Source: Candidatus Thorarchaeota archaeon (GTDB lineage Archaea > Asgardarchaeota > Thorarchaeia > Thorarchaeales > Thorarchaeaceae). Taken from it: a DNA stretch of 58,285 bases. Made by a program: the position numbers and the translations under genes. Shown one piece after another: positions 34,863 through 45,424 of the stretch; the first letter of the stretch is position 1, and every line of letters starts with the position of its first letter. The notes under the pieces are model-generated. The model saw only the letters and a program-made list of their open reading frames with translations. It did not search any database and was not told the origin of the DNA. The stretch covers positions 1 to 58,285 of the forward strand of contig RDOC01000008.1 in assembly GCA_011364985.1 (NCBI GenBank). The letters are read 5' to 3'.

Positions 34863-35852
34863 ATGATGGATATGTTTGACATAAAATCATTGGCTGGTTT
34901 TCTGGTAGAGTTGGCGGAAAGGGACGAGTTCTCAGGTGCAGTATTAGTTGCAAAAGATAACGAGGAAATCTTCAAGGAGGCCTATGGTTATGCCTCAATA
35001 AGGTACAGGATTCGCAACGAAACAGACACGCGATTCAATCTTGGATCAATCAACAAGATATTCACACGCACTGCCATCCAACAGCTTGCTGAACAGGGTA
35101 AACTGAAACCCAAAGACCTTGTTGGACGCTTTCTGCCTGACTTTCCAGATGAAATTGCCAAGAAGGTCACAATCAATCACTTGCTAACCTTCACTTCAGG
35201 AATGGGGCACTATTGGAATGATAAGTTCGTCATGAAAATGGCAAATCTACGAAGTGTTGATGACTTCATCTCTCTCTTTATTGATGACCCGCTCTCCTTT
35301 AAACCCGGCACAAAAGAGCAGTACAGCAACTCTGGATACGTGGTGTTAGGGAAAATCATTGAGCGGATTTCTGGAATGAGCTATTATGATTATGTCAGAG
35401 AGAACATCTACAAGCCAGCAGGAATGATGAGTTCCGACCATTACGAGCGTGATGATCCTGCGGCAGTCTTCGCCACTGGCTATACTAGGATTGGCCCAAA
35501 TGGCCAGATGGACAAGACGGTTCCCCGAAGAGAGAACATACTTCAGATAGGTAGCAAAGGCAGTCCTGCGGGTGGGGGCTATTCAAACGTAGATGATATG
35601 TTGAGATTTAACCGAGCACTTCAAAATCATGAGCTTGTCAGTCCAGAGTTCGCTGAGATTGGAAAAAGAAAGAGACCTGAAGGAGTGCCATCATTAAGCA
35701 TGACGATGATTGCTGGCGGTGCATCTGGTGTGTCTGCATTTCTCATCAACTACATTGAGCAAGGCTATACCGCCATTATCCTCTCGAACTATGACCCGGA
35801 AGACACTCAAGTCGTGGAGAAGAAGATTACCGAGATGGTGTGCCAAGCTTAG
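34863..35852 (+). CDS. Serine hydrolase, beta-lactamase/AmpC family
   Basis: FNLGSINK (SxxK), LLTFTSG, YSNSGY; likely start ATG 34863. Confidence 0.88.
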   Translation: MMDMFDIKSLAGFLVELAERDEFSGAVLVAKDNEEIFKEAYGYASIRYRIRNETDTRFNLGSINKIFTRTAIQQLAEQGKLKPKDLVGRFLPDFPDEIAKKVTINHLLTFTSGMGHYWNDKFVMKMANLRSVDDFISLFIDDPLSFKPGTKEQYSNSGYVVLGKIIERISGMSYYDYVRENIYKPAGMMSSDHYERDDPAAVFATGYTRIGPNGQMDKTVPRRENILQIGSKGSPAGGGYSNVDDMLRFNRALQNHELVSPEFAEIGKRKRPEGVPSLSMTMIAGGASGVSAFLINYIEQGYTAIILSNYDPEDTQVVEKKITEMVCQA

Positions 35853-36912
35853 TCGTCCACCAGTCCCAAGATGTCACATTAAGATTGTAACCACATTTCT
35901 TACATTTCCCATTCGTATCGGTGGCTACGTTTCTTGATGACAATCGCAATCTTTCATAGCAAAGAGAGCCACAGTTCGGGCAAATTGTGTCTTCAAGTCC
36001 TTTCGTCCCGACATTGCCAATATAGACGAACTCCAATCCAATCCTGCGCGCCATATCCCTGGCCTCCAGTAACAGCTCTATTGGAGTAGAAGATTCAGTG
36101 TACTCGCATGCTGGATAATATCTGTTTAGATGCCAAGGCGTCTTCGGTCCCGTATTCTCCACTATCCACGAAGCAATTGATTCGAGGCATTCCATATTAT
36201 CACTCAGCTTCGGAACGACCAGTGTCGTGAGTTCGACATGAACTCCCTCCTCTCTCATGTGTAACACATTATCCAATACTGGCTGCAGACTGATACCGCA
36301 TGTTCTACTCACCTGCGGCTCGCATCCCTTCACATCGACGTTGGCTGCATCAAGACCAGCGTCAATCATGAGGTCAAGCGCCTCTGGAGTCATGTAGCCA
36401 TTTGTTACGATTGTGTTATACAATCCCCGACCCTTGGCAATTCTGAAAACTGCAAGGTTCCATTCGAGCATGAGGGTGGCTGCTTCACTAAAAGATATAG
36501 ACAATCCCTCGCTGCCTTTCTCCTGTGCCAATTCAACAAACTCACTTGGGCTCATGTATTTTGTTAGCTGTGGTGTGGGCTTCTGCTTCGATATGTCGAA
36601 GTTCTGGCAGAATGGGCACGAGGCATTGCATCCCCAGCTTCCTACAGTAAGCGCCTTCGTCCCTGGTGCGAAATGAAAGAATGGCTTCTTCTCAATCAGA
36701 TTGTTATTGATTGACGAAACATTCCCATAGACAAGTGTCTTGAGGGTACCATTGACGTTGACTCTGGTTCCACAGATTCCTTGTTTGTTTTCATGAATCA
36801 GGCATTTGTGAAAGCAGGTTAGGCATCTTATTGCGTCATCTTCTTTTCGTTGAAGGAAAGCTTCATGAACGACTCTTGGGTCGAAATTGTTTACTTGAGT
36901 TCCATTAATCAA
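35827..36912 (-). CDS. AmmeMemoRadiSam-type radical SAM enzyme
   Basis: CxxCxxxC N-terminus, IEKKPFFHF.PG, GCNASCPFCQN, C-terminal CPNCG...CKKCG. Confidence 0.88.
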   Translation of the reverse strand: MINGTQVNNFDPRVVHEAFLQRKEDDAIRCLTCFHKCLIHENKQGICGTRVNVNGTLKTLVYGNVSSINNNLIEKKPFFHFAPGTKALTVGSWGCNASCPFCQNFDISKQKPTPQLTKYMSPSEFVELAQEKGSEGLSISFSEAATLMLEWNLAVFRIAKGRGLYNTIVTNGYMTPEALDLMIDAGLDAANVDVKGCEPQVSRTCGISLQPVLDNVLHMREEGVHVELTTLVVPKLSDNMECLESIASWIVENTGPKTPWHLNRYYPACEYTESSTPIELLLEARDMARRIGLEFVYIGNVGTKGLEDTICPNCGSLCYERLRLSSRNVATDTNGKCKKCGYNLNVTSWDWWTTKLGTPSR

Positions 36913-36977
36913 AACTCACCTCGACCATACACGGTTTTCTTGGATTATAGTAGTTGTCGTACGAGTCTTCCTATGCT

Positions 36978-38438
36978 TTATTGTTGAGCATGCTCAAGTT
37001 CAGAGATGCATTCTTGGATGTGTTTCTGTTGGGTTCTCATGCTTGGCCTGTTCGAAAGGGTTGAGGCCTGTTGAAGAAGATCTAGTGCGTCGTCCAATCG
37101 TCCTTGAAGCACCCTGGTTTCTGCCTTGAGCTTCAGATATTCGACCAACAATCCAAGATACTTCCTTTCTCTCGCGTATTGTGCAAGAGCTTCTAGCCAG
37201 AATCCTGCAGTATTCACATGGCGCTCCAGGCCCTCATTCTCAGCAATTGCAAGCTCAACCCTTGCAAGAGCGACAAGACATGAGCCCAAGTGAAGATTGA
37301 CATTATAGTCTTCCCATCCTTTCTTGGCTTGATGAAGTGTTTCCAGCGCATTCCTATATTCACCAGTGGCAAACTCGTAAAGTCCAAAGCCAAAATCCAC
37401 GAAGGGAAGCGTACCTCCCCATCCGACGCTCAAGGTCCTTTCTCTTGCCGAATCAAGCTCTACAAGAGCTTCATCCAGTCTATTCAAGGCAATGAGGGCA
37501 CGCGCAAGTTGAACCTGTGCATGAATATTCCCTTCTGCCTTCCTTGCCCATTCGAGAGCCTCTTCATGGTTTCCCAAGTTATTGCATACATTCGCAACAT
37601 TCACAGCAAGCTCATAGATTGGATTGCCTCTCTTTTGCTGTTCACCAACTGCTTTCAAAAATGCCTCAAGGGCCATATCGTACTGGCCGCTTGTTGCTGC
37701 AACAAGGCCAAGAATATTGAATGTTTCCAAGGGCATGATGTCCAGTTCATCTGCAATGATACAGGCCTCATTCAGGAGCTTGATTGCAATATCTGCATCG
37801 GTCTCTTTCATCCTATTGCCTAGTCTTGAGAGCAGATCGATGGTATGGGGCATATTGTCTGCTTTCTTGGAGCATTGTATGGCCAAGTTCCACTCCCCCA
37901 ATGCAGCATTTGGGTCTTGTCTTAGAAATCGAACTGCCTTTGCCTGATGAAGATAGGCACGATAGATTGCCTCATTCTGGATTTTCCTCGATATCAGAAA
38001 GCGCTCAGCCGCCTCTATTGCTTTCTCTAGGTCTGACTCCTTATCATGGGGAAGGGCTAGAAGGTAAAGTAAGAGCTCCATTCTGATCCAGTCTGGTGGG
38101 CTGGAGTCAATTGCAGTTTCTATTGACGATAAAATTGCCTTTGCATTGAGTCGAGTTTCTTTGGAGGTTCTTGTAGGAAATGACCATGGCTTCATGAATG
38201 AATTATCTGAGTATACGGAAGCGAGTCCGTCTACAAGGTTATACTGAGATGTGTTTCTTGCATGCCTAATGGCCACATATGCCAATTCCGGGGATACCAA
38301 GTTGTCACAGGCTCGCTCGCCTAGCATCGTACCAAATGCATAGTAGCTGGGTGCTTCATTAGCTAGCGTGGTAATCATCTTGCGAGTTTCTTCCGAGAGA
38401 TACGGAAAACAATATGTAATTGTCCCTAACAGCCTCAA
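36978..38438 (-). CDS. Tetratricopeptide repeat protein
   Basis: Repeated helical TPR patterns, e.g. FNILGLVAATSGQYDMALEAFLKA. Confidence 0.8.
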   Translation of the reverse strand: MRLLGTITYCFPYLSEETRKMITTLANEAPSYYAFGTMLGERACDNLVSPELAYVAIRHARNTSQYNLVDGLASVYSDNSFMKPWSFPTRTSKETRLNAKAILSSIETAIDSSPPDWIRMELLLYLLALPHDKESDLEKAIEAAERFLISRKIQNEAIYRAYLHQAKAVRFLRQDPNAALGEWNLAIQCSKKADNMPHTIDLLSRLGNRMKETDADIAIKLLNEACIIADELDIMPLETFNILGLVAATSGQYDMALEAFLKAVGEQQKRGNPIYELAVNVANVCNNLGNHEEALEWARKAEGNIHAQVQLARALIALNRLDEALVELDSARERTLSVGWGGTLPFVDFGFGLYEFATGEYRNALETLHQAKKGWEDYNVNLHLGSCLVALARVELAIAENEGLERHVNTAGFWLEALAQYARERKYLGLLVEYLKLKAETRVLQGRLDDALDLLQQASTLSNRPSMRTQQKHIQECISELEHAQQ

Positions 38439-38455
38439 TCTCGCACTTCCTCGTT

Positions 38456-38788
38456 CTATCTCTTCTTTTTCTTGGTCTTGCTGCCTATGGGAGTTGGAAT
38501 CTGCTTTTCCTCAAGCTCAGGCGCTTGCATGCTCTCTCGATACTCGCTCACCAAGTCGAGTGCTGTTGTTGCTTGAACGACGAAGTTGCCACGCATCTCC
38601 GTAATCTTGATCCTTGGAAGTTGTTTCTGGCAGAATCGGATGATTTTGAAGAAGTCCTCCGCAGTCTTTGGGTCAATGCCCTTTTCGCGGAGGTCGGATT
38701 TGTAGAATGGCTTTGAACCGCGCTCGTCGAGAAATTCCTTGATTGCCTCTAATATTTCCATCTTTGTCTTACGTTTAGCTCTTGGCAT
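38456..38788 (-). CDS. Small basic putative DNA-binding protein upstream of the TPR gene
   Basis: MPRAKRKT...FYKSDLREKGIDPKTAEDFF; HTH-like. Confidence 0.6.
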   Translation of the reverse strand: MPRAKRKTKMEILEAIKEFLDERGSKPFYKSDLREKGIDPKTAEDFFKIIRFCQKQLPRIKITEMRGNFVVQATTALDLVSEYRESMQAPELEEKQIPTPIGSKTKKKKR

Positions 38789-38837
38789 ATTTCTCAACCC
38801 AACAAGGTCAGTGTATCGTACTACCATCGTGATTTAA

Positions 38838-39086
38838 TTAGTCTTTTGTAGTAGATATATATCCAACTGCTCCACTCAACCTACCGAGAAGTTTCTCATC
38901 AGTTTCGGATGTTCTTATTCTTGATACTTGATTCCCTCAATATTGAAACATTCGAAAGAAGTTTTCTGCAGTTCTTGGATCTATGGCCTTATTCTGCAAA
39001 TCAAATCTATGTACTGGAACTCCAGTCTTCCCTTCTAGACATCTTCCTGCGGCGTCTAATATCTTGTTGAAGTTTGGGCGTGTCAT
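38838..39086 (-). pseudogene. Paralog of 38456-38788 with an in-frame TGA
   Basis: FDLQNKAIDPRTAENFFRMFQY*GNQVSRIRTSE aligns with SDLREKGIDPKTAEDFFKIIRFCQKQLPRIKITE. Confidence 0.55.
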
Positions 39087-39217
39087 TTTCAGTTGTGTTC
39101 TTTCATCTATTGTCAGATGTATATGTGCGGAAAGATATATAACTATCATGTTAGATATATAACTACACCTAAGTAACGGAGGCCAACGAAATATCAATTC
39201 TTTCAACTCATTGCTAT

Positions 39218-39436
39218 GTGGACAACATAGTAGTCAGTGACACTGTGGATATTGAAACACCACAGGTAGAAACAACAACAGAGACTGGAACAAAATCAAC
39301 TACCACAGTCATAACAGGTACTACATCCTCGAAGGCCTCAAACACAGAAGTCCATCTGTCAATTGAGACTATGATACTTGGAATTGATGTGCCTATCGTT
39401 CTCATTTCAGCAATTGCCGTTTGGAAATTGAAGTGA
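39218..39436 (+). pseudogene. Orphan C-terminal fragment (Thr-rich stalk + TM)
   Basis: DNIVVSDTVDIETPQVETTTETGTKSTTT...LISAIAVWKLK; no N-terminal domain. Confidence 0.5.
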
Positions 39437-39459
39437 TAGCATAAAGGAGATGATAATCG

Positions 39460-40545
39460 ATGCTATGGAATAGAATCTCGATTTGCTCTCGGAGAATAGC
39501 GCTGGTTTCTCTTGCCGTGTTCTTCTTGATTGGGTCGACTTCCTTTACTCCGGTTTCCGAATACATCGACGTGATATCCGATTCAAACGTGAAGTACCAA
39601 GTTTCGGAGATGATCGATCTCTCAGGAGCGCAGATCGCACTGTGGCACACAAGAAGCGGATATCAGGACTGGTGGGGGACATCGTCAAGCCTAGTTGATG
39701 GGAGTATTGTTGCACCCATACGGATGTTCGAATGGATGGGGACAACGGTGTCTATTGTTACTATGGTCGACATATGCATAGGTTGTCTTGATGATTATGA
39801 TCTTCTGCTGGTGCCGGGAGGTGTGCAAGAGGATTACATTGCTGCACTTGGAACCACAGGAAGGGATGTCGTTCAGAACTGGGTTGCTTCAGGGGGCTGC
39901 TATGTTGGCATATGTGCTGGTGCTAGTATAGGCACATCTGGAAGAATTAGAGAGGGTGAGGAATTAGAAGCAGGCTTTGCATTCTTTCAGGGTAATGCCT
40001 GCATTCCAGTGGACCACATGCGGAATGACTATGAACCCGTCATGAAAACTCTAGTCACCAACATTGACTGCACAGGACCTGATCTGTCTGGCGAGCCGTC
40101 AACTCACCAAGTTGCGTACTATAATGGTGCATATTTTGTGCCAAATGCTGGCTATACTGACTACCATGAGATAACCGCCTATCAGGAGAACGGAGAGGCA
40201 GCCATGGTGGCATTTGAGTATGGTACCGGTTGTGTGTTCCTGAGTGGAGTTCACCCCGAAATCGAAGAAGATAGTGATAGGGATGGTGGTACTTGGGATG
40301 ATGTATTTGATGATGAAGGGTCAGAATGGGATATGATGAAGGGTGTGGTACTATGGATGCTCACTACTGCAACACCTGCGATTAATGCAACCACAGATAC
40401 GACATCTACTAACACAACTATCATCAGCACAACACCGGGGACAATCACAGACGAGAGCCCTTTGCAACTAGAGTTTCTGGCAGTCGGAATCGGAGCACCA
40501 GTCATTCTCATCGCCTTGCTCATCGTTTGGAAGACCAAACGATAG
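39460..40545 (+). CDS. Membrane-anchored BPL-N / class I glutamine-amidotransferase-like protein
   Basis: LLVPGG, YVGICAGA, GVHPE; signal peptide, Thr stalk, C-terminal TM + KTKR. Confidence 0.8.
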   Translation: MLWNRISICSRRIALVSLAVFFLIGSTSFTPVSEYIDVISDSNVKYQVSEMIDLSGAQIALWHTRSGYQDWWGTSSSLVDGSIVAPIRMFEWMGTTVSIVTMVDICIGCLDDYDLLLVPGGVQEDYIAALGTTGRDVVQNWVASGGCYVGICAGASIGTSGRIREGEELEAGFAFFQGNACIPVDHMRNDYEPVMKTLVTNIDCTGPDLSGEPSTHQVAYYNGAYFVPNAGYTDYHEITAYQENGEAAMVAFEYGTGCVFLSGVHPEIEEDSDRDGGTWDDVFDDEGSEWDMMKGVVLWMLTTATPAINATTDTTSTNTTIISTTPGTITDESPLQLEFLAVGIGAPVILIALLIVWKTKR

Positions 40546-40586
40546 TGAGGATTCTCCTACATGCGTTCTCTTAGAGAGAGATACTT

Positions 40587-40620
40587 GGCGGGCAAGACCA
40601 CATCGCCCGCCCTCTTTTTT
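40587..40620 (+). terminator. Hairpin + T-tract between convergent genes
   Basis: GGCGGGC (40587-40593) / GCCCGCC (40605-40611), then TTTTTT. Confidence 0.55.
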
Positions 40621-40641
40621 GGTGTTCTCCTGTTAGGCTAA

Positions 40642-42474
40642 CTATGGATATTGCCTTCTGACAATCACTACCCCAACTAGAATGACCGCTGCTGCGCTGG
40701 TTGTGCCTGCTACAAATGCAAGCATCATATCATACTCGCCATCCAGCTGAGTTGTACTGGCTGTCGTTGTGATACTGGTAGTGGTTGCCAGTATATCCCT
40801 TTCAGGTTGATGAAAGTAGTTGGGATTTGCTGACAGCTCCAGTATCTCTCCTCGTATCCATTCTGATACATTGAATGGCCCAGAAGTGACCATTGGTTCC
40901 GAAGGTGGGTTTGGCTGCCACGTATTCCAGTCTTCCAAACCAATGGTTTCCAGAATATGTTTTGGCAAGATGTAGGCAAAAGCAACCCTATCCAGATTCC
41001 AGAATGACTCTTCCCCGAATTCTATAACAAAGGTGTATGGTCCTATCGCATAGGCAGCCAACATATCAGTCAGATAGGCTCCTTCTGGGTTTCCAGAAGA
41101 TTGATAGTAGTAATTGAATGTGTATGCAACATCCATTGCTGTAAGCGACGTACCGTCACTCCATGTTACATTATCCACAAGATTGAAGGTCATTCTCGTC
41201 CTCCCCGGAAGAATGCTTGGATTGTCGATATAGCTTTCAATTAGGTAGGACTTGGCCAGCCAGGGAATGATGCTTCCATCAGAGTCGGTCCGTAAGAGCG
41301 TGTCATAGAGCAACTGGATGATTGCGTGGTCAAATGTGAAGGAAGTTGCCATAAAGTTCAGTGTCGTGAGCGAGTGTCCAAAGTATCTATAGGTCCCGCC
41401 CAGAGGTCCCCCTTCTTCTTCCTTGAGATGGACACTGTAGCTTCGCCACCATGAGTTATAGGTTTCAGCTCCCTCGAACCTGTCCGTTCTGAATGCATAA
41501 AAGTCAAGATTCTCGTAGAGAATAATCCAGGGGCATTCATAGAGGAGTATCTCCTGCATTTTCATAGCGGCATCCAATACTTCGTCGTGATCCAATGACA
41601 GAAGGAGCTGTTCTCTCAGCGAATCGAAGCTCTCATTCTGGAAGTTAGCTGAGTTGTAGTAGGGGCGGTCTGCATACTCTGACCAGAAATAGAAACCCAA
41701 CCATGCTACGTTATACTCCGGCACCCTAATGCCCTGAAATGAGATATCGTAGTCCTGATGGTATATCAGGCGTCCTTGTAGGGATACGAAATCTGTTGGT
41801 TGTGCATAAGCATCAATACTGAGGTCTCTCAGGACCTCTGCGACATGTTCGGCCGCGCACACAGCTTGATCGCCCATTCCGCACTCGATCTTCACAGAGA
41901 ATGGCTGCCCATTAGGAGCAGTTCTAAACCCTGTTTCAATATCTATGTCAAAGCCACTTGTTTCCAGAAGGGCAACGGCGATGTCTGGTCTTGGATCATA
42001 GTAGGTATAGGGTTGCTGACCCTCAATAGAGAATGGATTCATCGATGGGATGCAGGAATCGAGTGGTTCTCCAAAACCTTGCCACAGGTAGGATGCAATC
42101 TTCCTCTTGTCTATGGCAAAGGCAATTGCTCTTCGAAAGCTCGTTATATTGAATGGATACTTCGCGCAGTTCATGGAGAGATACCCATAGCCACAGCGCG
42201 GTTGCCCCACCACCTCAATATGCTCGATGCCACACAGTTCTTCTACTAGACTCGGATCTATACCTGTGAAATCGATTTCATTGTTGAGAAGCATAAGAAT
42301 CTCTTGGTCTCCGGGAGTATCGGCGACGGACATTTTGTAAACAACTTTGTCTACATAAGGTCCTCTGACATGCACAACATCAACGGCCTGTGCAGGAAGC
42401 GAGCAAGAGAGGAGTAGAATCATTATAGCAATGAACGTGCTCGGAATTGCTCTCTTCCCGACCGAAGTCAGCAA
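40642..42474 (-). CDS. ABC peptide/nickel substrate-binding protein (family 5), circularly permuted
   Basis: FRRAIAFAIDK, LYDTL...PWLA, WSDG..LTA.DV, ILPKH, TSGPF...NPNYF; C-terminal TM anchor. Confidence 0.88.
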   Translation of the reverse strand: MLTSVGKRAIPSTFIAIMILLLSCSLPAQAVDVVHVRGPYVDKVVYKMSVADTPGDQEILMLLNNEIDFTGIDPSLVEELCGIEHIEVVGQPRCGYGYLSMNCAKYPFNITSFRRAIAFAIDKRKIASYLWQGFGEPLDSCIPSMNPFSIEGQQPYTYYDPRPDIAVALLETSGFDIDIETGFRTAPNGQPFSVKIECGMGDQAVCAAEHVAEVLRDLSIDAYAQPTDFVSLQGRLIYHQDYDISFQGIRVPEYNVAWLGFYFWSEYADRPYYNSANFQNESFDSLREQLLLSLDHDEVLDAAMKMQEILLYECPWIILYENLDFYAFRTDRFEGAETYNSWWRSYSVHLKEEEGGPLGGTYRYFGHSLTTLNFMATSFTFDHAIIQLLYDTLLRTDSDGSIIPWLAKSYLIESYIDNPSILPGRTRMTFNLVDNVTWSDGTSLTAMDVAYTFNYYYQSSGNPEGAYLTDMLAAYAIGPYTFVIEFGEESFWNLDRVAFAYILPKHILETIGLEDWNTWQPNPPSEPMVTSGPFNVSEWIRGEILELSANPNYFHQPERDILATTTSITTTASTTQLDGEYDMMLAFVAGTTSAAAVILVGVVIVRRQYP

Positions 42475-43190
42475 ACTCGTTTTCTCCTAGGTATGGATAT
42501 GCGTTTCACCTTATGAAAAATCATTCGAAACCCTAGTTTCCTCTCCATCACCATCCTTCCGTTTCAAGATGCAACTAACCGAACAAAACTGATACCAAAC
42601 AGAAGAATCCATGATATCGAATCTATGAATCATAGACAATCAACCTGCAATTCCTACACTAGGTTGGGAAGATGAAACTGGTTTTGTCTCTATACTCATT
42701 ATTCTGCTTATCAAACCAGAAATGAAGTTGTTGTGAGTTCGATGCTCGGGACGAAACGGCTTCGATCATACGATGCTTGCGTTCCAGATTGATTTCTCTA
42801 TTCTCTCTTGACATATCGCCGTAGGAAAAACCCATGTACTATACATCAAGGAATGTATAGTATGATGAGAGCGACTATCAACCAGTGTAGAATCAGTTCA
42901 TAGTCTTTGAATGGCCAAAGAATCAATGCTATGACAACATAGACCACTGGTCCAGTGAAGAAGGATTACTGCAGACCTAATCAGAGATGCGACTTCTTCA
43001 GACATGGTTCTCTCTGTCTATCCCGTTTCATGATTGTTATTGCTTTGCCGGTTATTAGTCTGGTCCTTCATTGGATCTCCAGATTACACTCCAATAATAC
43101 GATCGTCAAGGAAGCAGCTCGTACAATGCCAATAGATACGATTTGAGCTGATCAATATGGTCCAAGCACCATAAGCCTTTTGGGGTTGAT

Positions 43191-44438
43191 ATGGGTTCTA
43201 AAACGAGCTTGCTTTACTATCAAGGTGATGGTATAAGAATGGCGAATGCAACGGCCTATAATCTGTCAGAGAGTCATAAGGATTCATTTTCAAAGAATGA
43301 GATCGGCCCCTTGATGAACTACCTATTTCTTCCTCTAATGATGAGTCTACTGTTCGTTGAGGCTGTCAGAGAGTTCATTGGACAGATATACTTCCAAAAC
43401 CTTAGTGTAATGTCCTTAGGGCCTTCCATCCTTCTTGTATTCCTATTGCTTTCTCCCGTTATCGTTGTCATCCTTCGAAGGCTGCAAGCAGAGAGTCTCT
43501 TGATGATTAGCGGGATTGGCGTGGTTCTGTTCCGTTTCATCATGCCCTTTGTCCAAGCAATCTCCACACTGTACATGCTAATCGCTGGTCTGGTGGTTGC
43601 ATTCTTTGGCATATACCTTCCAATTGCGCTCTCAATTCGATTTGAAGATGTGCCAGACTCACTGCCCTCTGGTCCTGTTCTGTTCAGCATGGCTTTCTGT
43701 TTCGCTGTTGCCATAGACCTGATGTCGAGAACTGTTGGTGCAACATGGGACCTATCAACCGGCCTCTTGGGGATCCTTGCCACTCCTGTGCTTTGTATAG
43801 CTACTGCTCTTCTTCTATACAGAAGCTACACTACAAGGAACGCAATCTCGCCTGAATTACCTTCGCCTCGTACGACATCCAAGACCAAGGCGGCTGTCTA
43901 CGGACTCGGATTTGGAGGTGTGCTCTTTACAGTTCTCACCTTTCTGGCGTATCCAAACGTGATCGCTCGATGGACAGCCAGTTCATACGAGATTGCTACA
44001 ATCTCCATCATCATAGCTCTTATCGTGTACGCCATGCTGTCAGTTCATGAGGTTGGAGAACATTTATTGATGCGCAAGGAACTCATCCTGATCATCAATC
44101 TTCTGGCAGTCGTGGCAGCTATTGACCTCGCCTATTTGCTATCGCCTTTCGCAGGTCTCTTAGCAGGTACAAGCCTTCTTGCATTCATACTAGACTTGCG
44201 ATTGCTCTGGGGTTACTTGGAGTCAAGCAACGCCAACCTTACTGACTACGCAATCTTTCACTTCATAGGAATGCTGGTTCTGCTATGCCTTACCCTGTTT
44301 TATGTACTGACTCTGGTTGCTGGCATGCTGATTCCTGCTCTTGAGGGATTAACCCCCTACCTGATTCTCATTTCATTTATGCTCGCAGTGCTACCGTCGC
44401 TGTTCGCGGGACTCAGCAAGAGGGAGGTGGTCGCGTGA
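43191..44438 (+). CDS. Multi-pass membrane protein, CWH43/PGAP2IP-like TM region
   Basis: About 11-12 TM; overlaps the downstream EEP gene by 4 bp. Confidence 0.65.
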   Translation: MGSKTSLLYYQGDGIRMANATAYNLSESHKDSFSKNEIGPLMNYLFLPLMMSLLFVEAVREFIGQIYFQNLSVMSLGPSILLVFLLLSPVIVVILRRLQAESLLMISGIGVVLFRFIMPFVQAISTLYMLIAGLVVAFFGIYLPIALSIRFEDVPDSLPSGPVLFSMAFCFAVAIDLMSRTVGATWDLSTGLLGILATPVLCIATALLLYRSYTTRNAISPELPSPRTTSKTKAAVYGLGFGGVLFTVLTFLAYPNVIARWTASSYEIATISIIIALIVYAMLSVHEVGEHLLMRKELILIINLLAVVAAIDLAYLLSPFAGLLAGTSLLAFILDLRLLWGYLESSNANLTDYAIFHFIGMLVLLCLTLFYVLTLVAGMLIPALEGLTPYLILISFMLAVLPSLFAGLSKREVVA

Positions 44439-45283
44439 GAGGTTCTCTTCTCTTCAGGATGATTGCTGTCCTTTCGGTGACTCTTCTGATTGGAACAGCA
44501 TCAGGATTGGTCTTGTCACTTGCCCCCGCTCCCAACACAGCCCCAAATGATACATTGACCATCATGACGTACAACATCTACCAAGGCTACACACCTGATG
44601 GTCTAGTAAACCTTGAGCGCATACGAGATACAATACGAGATTCCGGGGCTGACATTGTGGGTCTACAGGAGTCTGACTCCGGACGCGTTGGTTCCATGAA
44701 CATTGACTCAATCCTTTGGCTATCTACACAGCTAGAAATGTACAGCTACTTCGGACCACCTACAAGCGAACAAGTCATTGGTGTTGCGCTTCTCTCGAAG
44801 TACCCAATAACAAGTGCCGACTATCACATACTCAGTCACGAAGAACTTCCTAGGGTTCTCCTCGAGACCGTCGTCCGTATTGGCACCTTTGGCCTCAATG
44901 TCTTTGTTGTGCATCTCGGTCTCTCGTATGCAGACCGGACAACACAGGCTGCTGAGGTCATGACCATCGTCAATGCAGCTTCTGGTTCGAAGATATTGAT
45001 GGGCGACTTTAACACACTTCCCACAGGTGAGCCAGAGCCCGGCGTTGGAAGTCCGGATGATACAATCTATCATGACATCTCAATGTATCTCAATGACACA
45101 TGGACTGCTGCAGGCAATCCGCTGAATCCCGTAGACGGTTACACGTGGCCAAGCACTGATCCCTATGAACGAATCGACTACATTTGGGTGAGCCCAAACA
45201 TCTCGGTACTGTCATGTGCTGTGGTTTCAAGTGCCACAGGAAGCGACCATTTACCGGTGTGGGCCAGAATAGAGCTTCCATAG
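44435..45283 (+). CDS. Endonuclease/exonuclease/phosphatase family protein (CWH43 C-terminal-like)
   Basis: MTYNI, DIVGLQESD, ALLSKYPI, MGDFN, RIDYIW, SDHLPV. Confidence 0.88.
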   Translation: MRGSLLFRMIAVLSVTLLIGTASGLVLSLAPAPNTAPNDTLTIMTYNIYQGYTPDGLVNLERIRDTIRDSGADIVGLQESDSGRVGSMNIDSILWLSTQLEMYSYFGPPTSEQVIGVALLSKYPITSADYHILSHEELPRVLLETVVRIGTFGLNVFVVHLGLSYADRTTQAAEVMTIVNAASGSKILMGDFNTLPTGEPEPGVGSPDDTIYHDISMYLNDTWTAAGNPLNPVDGYTWPSTDPYERIDYIWVSPNISVLSCAVVSSATGSDHLPVWARIELP

Positions 45284-45424
45284 CTTGAGATGCCCACGTC
45301 TGACACGGGAGAGGAGAGCTGAAGGATAGCGGCTCACTCAGGTCCCATTTTACTCCGGATTTCAATTCTCAGGCGGCTCCTTTCTTTAGCAAGATAGATA
45401 TCAAAGATAGGATAATTGTTGTGA

